Shown here: in pieces, positions 29,364-38,600 of the stretch
How positions within the stretch are numbered: the first letter of the stretch is position 1
Layout of the letters: every line of letters starts with the position of its first letter
Source of the DNA: an uncultured Planctomycetales bacterium
GTDB lineage: Bacteria; Omnitrophota; Gorgyraeia; Zapsychrales; JANLHA01
Direction of reading: 5' to 3'
DNA: 55,738 nucleotides
Assembly (NCBI GenBank): GCA_964595465.1
Contig: CAZQQI010000012.1
Location: 1 to 55,738, forward strand
Notes under the pieces: generated by a model
Told to the model about the DNA's origin: nothing
Databases searched by the model: none
What the model saw: the letters and a program-made list of their open reading frames with translations, nothing else
Translations under genes and position numbers: made by a program

Positions 29364-30610
29364 AACAGCTGCCCAATACACCGGGTGTGTATTTGATGAA
29401 GGATGCCGGCGGGGAGGTGATCTATGTCGGCAAGGCCGTAGACCTGCGCAAACGGGTTCAGTCCTACTTTAGAAAACGCAAGACCCGCTCTAAAACCGAT
29501 TTTTTGGTCGAAAATATTGCGGATATCAGAGTTATTCAGGCGCAGAGTGAAGCCGAGGCCTTAATCCTTGAAGCCTCCCTGATCAAAAAATACACGCCGA
29601 AATACAATATTGATCTCCGTGATGATAAAACATATCCCTATATCGAGATCACCGGGGAGCGTTATCCCCGTATCTGTGTTGTGCGGCCAAAATGGGGACG
29701 GAGCCCTATTTTCCAAAAAAACGAAAAAAATAGGGCTCCGTCCCCTATATATTACGGCCCGTATACGAATCCCCGTCTGATCCGCGAGGCGCTGGGCATT
29801 ATGCGCCGCGTTTTTCCGTTCCGCACCTGTGATCCTTATCCGGACAAGGTCTGTCTGGATTATCATATCGGTCTGTGCGAAGGGCCCTGTGAAGGGTTTC
29901 AGACGCGGCGGGATTATCTCAGCAATATCCGCAATGTCCGTCTGATCCTGGAGGGGAAAAAAGATACGCTCTACCGCAAATTGACCCGGCGGATGGAGAA
30001 GCTGTCCCGGGAACAGCGCTTTGAAGAAGCGGCCAAGGCACGTGATCAGTTGAGGGCTTTGGGGGCGCTATATTCCGGGACTAAAGATATCAATTATTTT
30101 AAGGAAGCTGAACAGTTGAAGAGGGCGCTGGACCTTCCGCGTGTGCCCGAACGGATCGAGACCTTTGACATATCCAATATTATGGGCCAGCAGAGCGTAG
30201 GGTCGATGGTCGCCTTTTTCAACGGCAAGCCGGATAAAAACAATTACCGCCGTTTTCGGATCAAAACCGTTAAGGGCATCGATGATTTTCAGATGATGGC
30301 CGAGGTGGTGCGCAGGCGCTACAGCCGTCTGAAGCGCGAAGGACGGGCTTATCCTGATTTGATCGTGGTCGACGGGGGAAAAGGCCAGTTGTCGGCCGCG
30401 TTCGGCCAGCTGGATCAGCTGGATATTGATATTCCTATGATCGGTCTGGCCAAGCGGGAGGAAGAGGTTTATCTTCCGGCACGCCGGGCGCCGGTGGTTC
30501 TGCCGCGCAATTCTTTGGGTCTGCAGTTGTTACAGCGCTGCCGGGATGAGGCGCATCGGTTTGCGGTTGCCTATCACCGGAAGCTGAGAGATAAAAAGAC
30601 ATATGAGTAG
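29342..30610 (+). CDS. uvrC: excinuclease ABC subunit C (compact form)
   Basis: GIY-YIG (PGVYLM...IYVGKA), Cys cluster, FEEAAKARDQ, FDISN, PDLIVVDGGKGQ, RDEAHRFA. Confidence 0.93.
   Translation: MDIREKVKQLPNTPGVYLMKDAGGEVIYVGKAVDLRKRVQSYFRKRKTRSKTDFLVENIADIRVIQAQSEAEALILEASLIKKYTPKYNIDLRDDKTYPYIEITGERYPRICVVRPKWGRSPIFQKNEKNRAPSPIYYGPYTNPRLIREALGIMRRVFPFRTCDPYPDKVCLDYHIGLCEGPCEGFQTRRDYLSNIRNVRLILEGKKDTLYRKLTRRMEKLSREQRFEEAAKARDQLRALGALYSGTKDINYFKEAEQLKRALDLPRVPERIETFDISNIMGQQSVGSMVAFFNGKPDKNNYRRFRIKTVKGIDDFQMMAEVVRRRYSRLKREGRAYPDLIVVDGGKGQLSAAFGQLDQLDIDIPMIGLAKREEEVYLPARRAPVVLPRNSLGLQLLQRCRDEAHRFAVAYHRKLRDKKTYE
29694..29745. repeat. perfect 19-bp palindromic (REP-like) element inside uvrC
   Basis: GGGGACGGAGCCCTATTTT-14 nt-AAAATAGGGCTCCGTCCCC. 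Confidence 0.85.
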
Positions 30611-30614
30611 GGAT

Positions 30615-30966
30615 GTAAAGCGTGCAATGTAAAACGTGAAGCGTGCAACATGAAACGTGAAGCGTAAAACGTGAAGCGTGAAGCGTAAAACGTGAAACGT
30701 AAAACGTGAAACGTAAAACCCTATAAACCCAAGTAACTCAATAAACCCAAGCAACCCAACAAACCCAAGTAACTCAATAAACTCAAGCAACTCAACAAAC
30801 CCAAGCAACTCAATAAACCCAATAAACCCAATAAACTCAAGCAACTCAATAAACCCAATAAACCCAATAAACTCAAGCAACTCAATAAACTCAATAAACC
30901 CAAGCAACTCAACAAACTCAATAAACCCAAGCAACCCAACAAACCCAAACAACCCAACAAACCCAA
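30615..30966 (+). repeat. intergenic array of AAACGTG/AAGCGTG heptamers and about 27 AAACYCAAY/CAACTCAAT nonamers
   Basis: Direct reading of tandem units. Confidence 0.9.
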
Positions 30967-30968
30967 TT

Positions 30969-31274
30969 ATGAAATTCAAATTTTCTTCTGAATTGCCAGA
31001 CCTTACAGACTTTCAATGGCAGGTGCTCAAGGCGGTGATGACCATCCCTTTGGGTGAGACGCGGAGTTATGCCTGGGTGGCGAAAACGATCGGCAGGCCC
31101 GGTGCGGTGCGCGCGGTGGGAACAGCCTTGCGTAAAAATCCTTACCCGTTGATCATTCCGTGTCACCGGGTGGTGCGCAGTGACGGAACGGTCGGCAGGT
31201 ACGGCGGCCGCGACGATGACCGCAAACAGCGAATATTGGATTTGGAGCAAGGTATCCGAAAAAAGATGCCTTGA
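30969..31274 (+). CDS. MGMT/Ogt family protein (C-terminal domain only)
   Basis: TDFQWQV, IPLGETRSY, RAVGTA..NP..IIPCHRV with active-site Cys. Confidence 0.9.
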   Translation: MKFKFSSELPDLTDFQWQVLKAVMTIPLGETRSYAWVAKTIGRPGAVRAVGTALRKNPYPLIIPCHRVVRSDGTVGRYGGRDDDRKQRILDLEQGIRKKMP

Positions 31275-31370
31275 TGCTATTTTTTCTTTTTTTCTGGCGG
31301 GCGGCCCGTCGAGATGATATTCTCACAAAGAGAGCATAACGATCATTTTTCGATCATAAAGGAGAGACGA

Positions 31371-32453
31371 ATGGAGATCCGCAGATTATTTAAAACCATG
31401 GTTGAGAGGGAGGCCTCTGATCTTTTTTTAAGTGTGAATTCCGTCCCCCGGGCGCGTATCAACGGCATTGTTCAGCCGATCGCGGAAGATAAGGTCACTC
31501 AGGAAGATATGCGCGCATTGCTCAAGATCATGTTTGATCAGGAACATACCAGGCGCAAGGCCTATGAGGAAAGCAAAGGCGTGGATTTCATTTTTGTAGC
31601 TGAAGATATCGGGCGTTTCCGCATCAATGTCTTTGTCCAGCGCGGTTCACCGGCTTTGGTGGCCCGTCATGTGCGTTCGGAAATCCGCTCCTTTAAAGAG
31701 CTGCATCTTCCCGTCGATGTCCTGACTAAATTCTGTCAGGAATGCAACGGCCTGGTTCTGATGTGCGGGCCCGCAGGCAGCGGAAAATCCACGACCATCG
31801 CCACCATGCTGGAAAACATCAATCAGACCCAGCAAAAGCATATCGTGACGATCGAAGATCCCATCGAATTTTTATTTACGCATAAACAGAGCATGATCAA
31901 TCAGCGTGAATTAGATGTGGATGTCATGTCTTACGCCGAGGCGCTCAAACATGTGACCCAGCAAAGCCCCGATATTATCTATATCGGCAATATCCGCGAT
32001 GGCGAGACCATGCGCGCAGCTATTAATGCCACAGAGCTGGGCACCTTTGTGGTCAGCACGTTTCATACCATTAACGCGGTGCAGACCATTACCCGTATGG
32101 TCAACTTTTTTCCTCCTTATCTGCATGAAGAAGTGCTGATGCAGCTGTCCACCATTTTGAAAGGGATCATATCCCTGCGCCTTCTGCCTTTAAAAGACGG
32201 CTCCGGCCGGGTGCCCGCCTACGAAACTGTTGTGGTCACGCCGACCATTTCCCGTTTGATCCGCGAAGGTAAGATCACCGAGATCCAGCAGTTCATTGAT
32301 GAAGGAGAGCTCTTCGGCATGCAGTCTTTTAAAAAATCTCTGGTTTCTCTGGTGCGGGCGGGACTGGTCGATCAGGCTGAGGCCAAGCATCGCGCCGACA
32401 GCCGGGATGAATTTGACCTGGAAATGAAGGGCATCCGCCAATTTCTGGATTGA
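31371..32453 (+). CDS. PilT/PilU family type IV pilus ATPase with atypical Walker B
   Basis: ASDL, GRFRINVF, Walker A GPAGSGKST, TIEDPIE, INQRE, GNIRD (normally GExRD), STFHT, GMQS. Confidence 0.9.
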   Translation: MEIRRLFKTMVEREASDLFLSVNSVPRARINGIVQPIAEDKVTQEDMRALLKIMFDQEHTRRKAYEESKGVDFIFVAEDIGRFRINVFVQRGSPALVARHVRSEIRSFKELHLPVDVLTKFCQECNGLVLMCGPAGSGKSTTIATMLENINQTQQKHIVTIEDPIEFLFTHKQSMINQRELDVDVMSYAEALKHVTQQSPDIIYIGNIRDGETMRAAINATELGTFVVSTFHTINAVQTITRMVNFFPPYLHEEVLMQLSTILKGIISLRLLPLKDGSGRVPAYETVVVTPTISRLIREGKITEIQQFIDEGELFGMQSFKKSLVSLVRAGLVDQAEAKHRADSRDEFDLEMKGIRQFLD

Positions 32454-32499
32454 TCTGCTGGAATTCAGTTTTTCCAGGACATGTTGTATAAAATTCACA

Positions 32500-32512
32500 T
32501 AAGTTATTGATT
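32500..32512 (-). promoter_or_regulatory. IHF consensus site upstream of the giant gene
   Basis: Minus strand AATCAATAACTTA matches WATCAANNNNTTR, in an AT-rich intergenic region. Confidence 0.35.
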
Positions 32513-32663
32513 TATAAAGACTTTTATTCCGCGTCTTGACCTTGTTTTTCTCTCCTTTGTAGGTTATACTTTCCGAAATAGCAATTCTTGCCGTATATTC
32601 ATAAAATTCAGCAGGTTTTTTTATATTTCTTTTGCACACTTCAAGAACCGAAAGGACTGTATT

Positions 32664-35600
32664 ATGGCCGGGATACGATCATCTCATAGCATTTTGAAGA
32701 AAGCGCTCTCTGCAGTTATCTGCATCTGTTTTCTTTCATCCGTGGTGCTTCCACCGCAGACCGCGGGTGCGCAGGTCTTACCGACCCTGCCGATGCCCGG
32801 GGCGATGCTTAACCCCACACCGGGCTATCTGCCGGCCCTGATCAAAGGGATCACGGTGCATCCGGAAAATCCGCTGGAATTCGATTTTATCATTGATCCG
32901 GGACAGGACGGCCTGCGGGGTGAGGCCCTGCGTACTGAGGCTGACCGCATGATCCGCTACTTTTTGGCGTCATTGACCGTTCCCGAAGATCAGATGTGGG
33001 TCAACCTGTCCCCGGAAGAGCAGGACCGTATTATTTCGGACCATTTCGGCCGGACCGCTATGGGGATGGACATGCTGGCGCAGGACTATCTGCTTAAGCA
33101 GCTGACCGCGAGTCTGATGTACCCGGAAGAGGAATTGGGGAAGGAATTCTGGCAGCGCGTGCATAAGCGGGCGCAGAAAGAGTTCGGCACGAGCGATATC
33201 CCGGTGGACACCTTCAACAAGGTCTGGATCGTGCCGCAGGACGCCTCGGTGTATGTCAAAGACAACCATGCCTTTATCATCAAGAGCCGGATGGACGTCA
33301 TGCTGGAGCAGGATTATGAGGCTCAGCAGGCCGGCCGGACAGCTCAGGAGAGTGCCTCTGTTAAGAATATTGATGACCAGATCATCCGCGAGATCATCAT
33401 TCCCGAGATCAAAAAAGAGATCAATGAAGGCAAGACCTTCGCCCGTCTGCGTCAGATGTATCAGGCCATGGTGCTGGCGGCCTGGTACAAGCTGAACCTG
33501 CGCGAGTCTTTATTGGGAAAGATCTATGTGGACCGCAATAAGACCGCTGGGGTGGAGACCAAGACCCCGGAGGAAAAGGAAAAGATCTACGAGCAGTATC
33601 TCAAGGCCTTCAAGCAGGGGGTCTACAACTATATTAAGGAAGAGCATGATCCGGCAACGGGCAAGACCATTCCGCGTAAATATTTCAGCGGGGGATATTC
33701 CAATACCGGCCCGGACCAGGCGCAGTTGAGTGATAAAGTGCGTCAGCAAGTGGTGCGATTTCCGAACGCGACACCGGCGCAGAGGAGTGCGGCGCGCCGT
33801 GCGATCCCTATTGGGGATGATCGCAGCGCGGACGGTCCGGTGGTGGTCCGCGTGGGTCTTCTGGATGATACCCGCGACTCTGCCCAAAAGATAGCCGCAG
33901 AGTCCGCGCGTCTGGCATTTCTGGATCAGACCGATGATCTGGCCATGCTGAGCGGGGAAAAAGGACAGGCGTTCAGATCTGTCTGGAAGAAAATGGGTTC
34001 AAGTTTTCAGAAAGACGGGTCATTTATTAACGGTATGAGCGAGACGTCTTTCAGGCAGCTGATCGCTCAGGCTGTTGAACTGATCCCAGCTGTTGCACGT
34101 GAGGAGAATGAAGCGGCTTTGAGCACTTTGGCAAAAAATTTGAAAAAGGTTTACGATAACGATACTTTGCCCGATGTTCTCAGAGACGGCGCGGAGATGA
34201 TCCGCCGTATGGTGGCCCAGCAGGTTTTGGCCATGCGTGAACAACGACGTAAGACCGCTGAGCAGGCGGAACACGATCCGTCCGACCCCTCCTGGGCCAG
34301 GCTCGCGGCTGAGGCGCAGGAGACAGCGACCACGCCTGAAGAGGCACTGCGCCGCATGTCTGATGAGGCGATGCTTACAGTAGTTGACGCACAAAGAATG
34401 TTCTTTGATTCTGTTCAGGAGTTAGCCAGAGAAAAAGGTTTTTCCTGGGCAAATAAATCTAAAATTGTCGATAAGGTTGCCAGTTATGTGGACGCCGGCA
34501 TGTGGGATCATAATAGGGAGCAGGCGATTAATTTGATTAAAAAGCGTGGCCGCTTTTCTTCTGAGGAGGAAGCGGAAGGTTTTTTTGCTGAAGCGGTTCA
34601 GGCTTATGAGTTGCGAAGGGATGTCAGGGAGCAACTACATGCTAAGATGGGACGGCTAGGGTTGATGGTATCTGAAGATGCGTATAACAAAGTGATCATG
34701 GATGAGCTTTTGCCGAAAGCGATGGACATGGTTCAAAATGGCAGAGATTTCCTGCTGTTAATAACGCAGAATGAAGAAACTGCCCAAGGTGAGTATTTAG
34801 GGACTTTCGATGGGGAATATTCACGTTATTCAACAGGGGTCGGGGAAGGCCGTGCTAATTACGCGAAAGAACTGGTTCAGCCGGCTCAGCTGGCTGTGAT
34901 TGACGGTGGAAAAGTGTATGACCCGGAAGGCTCTGTGCTGCAGGTTTTGCAAACTTTGGATCGTTCACGAAGTGATTCTGCGGAATATCAAAAAGCTAAA
35001 GAAGCACTCCAGGAGTCTCACAAGCCGGATTTTGTCCTGGCGCGCAAGGTACGGAACGAGATACGAGAGAAGGTCCCGCCCAAGACAACTGTTGATATGG
35101 ATAGCGGCGAGGAAATTGAGAACAACAGAGACAGGAATGAAGAATATCACTTAACATCGATCTTGCGAGAAGCCTGGGAGCTGCGTCTTCAAGGGCAGGG
35201 CTTTGATATCCGTTATATGCCGGCCCAGGGTTTCGTGCGCACGGACTACAGCTCGGTCATACAGCAGACTCTTACGTTTACGCAAGAAGTAGAGTCAGAG
35301 CAGTTCCAAGTCGTAAGTAATGGTGAAAAGGTCCAGGACCTGCCCGAAGGGGTGAACCCCGCGGCGCGTACAATCGGTTTAGAAGTCGATAAAAAGTTAG
35401 AAGCGGATCAGGAGGAAGAAGCCGACCGTGCCATGCTGGGCTACGGGCTGAGTTTTCTTTCAGAAAAGGATTGGCGTCAGCTGATCCTGCAGATCGAATT
35501 GCCGCAGGGTGATGAGCAGTCTGTGATGCTGGCGGACAGGACAGTTTTTGTTGGCAGAGGCCTTACGGCTGATGACGTCTCAAGCATATTGGGACGGCTG

Positions 35601-38600
35601 GGTTCTTCCAAAGTCGATCCGGCGAAGGTTCAGCGGATCGTTCTGACGGATTTTGAAAAGCCTGATGCCGTCTTTGAGGCCCTGCATAACACCTTATTTC
35701 TGGATAGACGCGCTATCAGGAGCGGAGGCGATTTGATCGTGGCGGGTGTTTCAGAAAACGTCATGAAACTCGACCGCCAGACATTTTTTGACCTAGTGCG
35801 TGAACATTTCGGCATTAAGCTGTCGATGACGGATGTCTGGAAAGACTCTGAAAAAGGCCGAACCGACCGGGCCATGCTGACCAAACTGGAAATTGCCGCA
35901 CCTACGGCCAAGCAGGTTTTACGTGCGGGGCTTGACCGTTCCGACTGGGATGCACAGGCAGCGGCCGCTGCCGTGATCAGGTTATACGGAGAAGATCCCT
36001 TGTTCCAGTCTTTGCAGAATAAAGCTGAGGACAGGGTTATCAGTTTTTTTCGGCGAGCGAGCCGTGAGTCCGGGGCGATCGTTCTGGCCCTTTTACTCAC
36101 ACCGGAATTCCGCAGCGAACAAGGCGATCGAGTACTCGCGGAGAAGGTGAAATCCATTTTTGAACAGAATGATTTCGAAGCGGCAGCGATCGCAGCGCTT
36201 ACGATGCTGAACCATGACGATATTGAGGCGTTTGATGAGCTTTGGAACCCGGTCGTCGATGTGATCGAAAATTTTCTTAAGGAAAAGGCTTTTGAAACCG
36301 CCGCTATATCCGCGTATGCTGTTTTAACGCATCCCGAGATAGAGGAGTTTGAAAAATTACGCGACCTGGCCTACAGGAAACTGGAAAAGCTGGTGCGCTC
36401 AGATAAAACACTGACCCGCGCCACGGTGCTGTCTGCCGGCGCCCTGCTGGGAAGTGATATCTTTCTGGGAGGCAATTCCCCGTTTTCTCAGGACATGCGT
36501 GAGCGGGCTGTTGATGTGCTTTCCCATGCTGTCGTCAAAGGAGAAGGACGGCCTAACGTCAGGGTCTATGCTTCGGCCATTACAATCTATTTGGTGAATC
36601 AATTAAAAGAAAGCCGTAATGATGCCGCCATGCTGGCCCGCCTGAAGAATGAAGGACATAAGCCCATCATTGATTCGATCGTCCAGGCTGAAACAGATAT
36701 TGAGCAGGGGGATATGATCATGGCGCTGCGGGATGCGGCGCGGGATGCGGAAGATGAAAATATCCGTGCCAAGGCGGTCTATATTTTAAACAAATTGTCG
36801 AATCAATCTGGTATTAATCATATGCTGCATCAAGCCAACCAGAGTTTTCCGGCAATAATGCTGGGAAAACTCAAAGAGGATGTGCCTGATCCTTTTTCAG
36901 TTGATGCTTCTATGCTCAGCGCTGAGGATAGCGAGTGGGAACCGCTGGCAGGGCTTGGCCCGGAAGAACAGAGAGAGGTTGAGACCCTGGTCCGGGGATT
37001 GCTGCCTCCGCAGTCTGATGCCGAAGATGCAGTGCTGGATTTTGTGGGTAAATATCTGCACTCAGAGGACGGGATGTATCCGTTCATGAATGCTTTGCTG
37101 TATTTCTTGAAGGAAAATGATCTGCCCCGTGTCGAAAAGTTTTTGGGCCAGCTCCATGCTTTGGGCATCAAACCGGGAACCGAAGAGGAATCTTCCGATG
37201 AAGCTATCTTGACGGATATTCATTCGAATGCTCGAGTTTCAACATTGACGCCGATTGACGAGACCCGGCCGGTCAAGTTCGGGACCAGCGGGGACCGCGG
37301 CAAGCTCAAGACAGAGGAGAACCCGGACGGGGATTTTAATACGAACCATGTCGCGCGCCTAGCGCAGGGCACGGCTAACTGGTTTAAAAAGGCCCACCCT
37401 GACGGGAAGGTCCTGGTCGGGTATGACCCGCGCCAGGGAAATCCGGAGTTTGCCCGTTTGACCGCGCAGATCATGGCTGCCAACGGGATCCGGGTCAAGA
37501 TCGTGGCGGCCGAGCCGACACCGACGCCGGTCTTGGCCTATCTCGGGGGTTCTGATGCCGAGGTCGAGGGCGTGATCAATTTCACGGCCAGCCATAATCC
37601 TTATACAGATGACGGGATGAAGTTTTCCCCGGGACATGGCGGGGCATCAGATAAAGAGATCACCGACGGGCTGACCGCGGAAGCGAATGCGCTGGATGAA
37701 TATGCGGCCCTGGATTATGACCAGGCCGTCGAAGAAGGCCTCGTTGAGATCGTCACCGCTCAGCAGGCCCGGGACCGATATCTGGACAGGTATTTGATCC
37801 CGAGACTGCAGGAGATTGGGGCCTGGGATGATATTGTCTCTTTTTTGAAAGAGAACGGGGATTTTAAGCTGGTCATCGATGCCATGAACGGGACCGGAGG
37901 GCCGTATATGGATGCGTTGTACAGCCGCATTGCCCAGGCCGTCGGCCGGGCAGATCTTTATGAGATCATTCATGCCATGTCCGACCCTCAGTTCGGTGAG
38001 GTCAATAATGAGCCCAATCCGACCAAAGAAAAAAGCAGGGAAGAACTGGTCCGGCGGGTCAGTGACCTGGGAGGGAAAGCCATGGGCCTTTCGGTCGACG
38101 GGGATGCTGACCGTTTCGGCAATGTGGATGAGAGCGGGGAATTTGTCTCCGCCAATGATATGATCGCCCTGATCGCCTGGTTTTTAAAGAAGGAGATCGG
38201 TCTGGACGGCGCGATCGGCAAGACGGTGGCCACCAGCAATTTTGTCAACGCTGTGGCAGAGGCTTTGAATATCGAGATCGACGAAGAAGGCGTCGGGTTC
38301 AAGCATTTTGTGGCTAATGTTATTAAGAACGGCCGCAAATATTTAGTCGCGGGCGAAGAAAGCGCGCATGTCGCCGTGGGGCCGTTTATGGAATCCTGGG
38401 ATGACGGGATCGTGGTCGGGCTGATGGGGCTGTGGATCAAGGCGCGCACCGGCAAAGGCCTGGTAGAATACCGCGATGAGATTCGGAAGGAATTGAATAT
38501 CAATACCAAGATCGAAACCCTCGGGCTGGGCGAAGGCGATCAGGCTATGAAGGATCAGGTTGTTGCCATGATCGCCTTGACCAATGAACAGCTGGACGCG

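Noticed and set aside
30615-30966. Tandem arrays as a CRISPR array
   Set aside because: Units are 7-9 nt, degenerate and contiguous, with no unique spacers and no cas genes in the window
30530-30979. Low-complexity ORFs (LLGLLS/FIELLG types; also 13729-14034, 13254-13706, 17981-18232, 50805-51056)
   Set aside because: Translations of the nonamer/heptamer arrays, which stay stop-free by periodicity; no RBS or protein motifs
38538-38552. DQAMK inside the PGM module as a tenth delimiter
   Set aside because: Lacks the final Leu and lies before the PGM domain-4 motifs, so cleavage would split the enzyme; treated as chance
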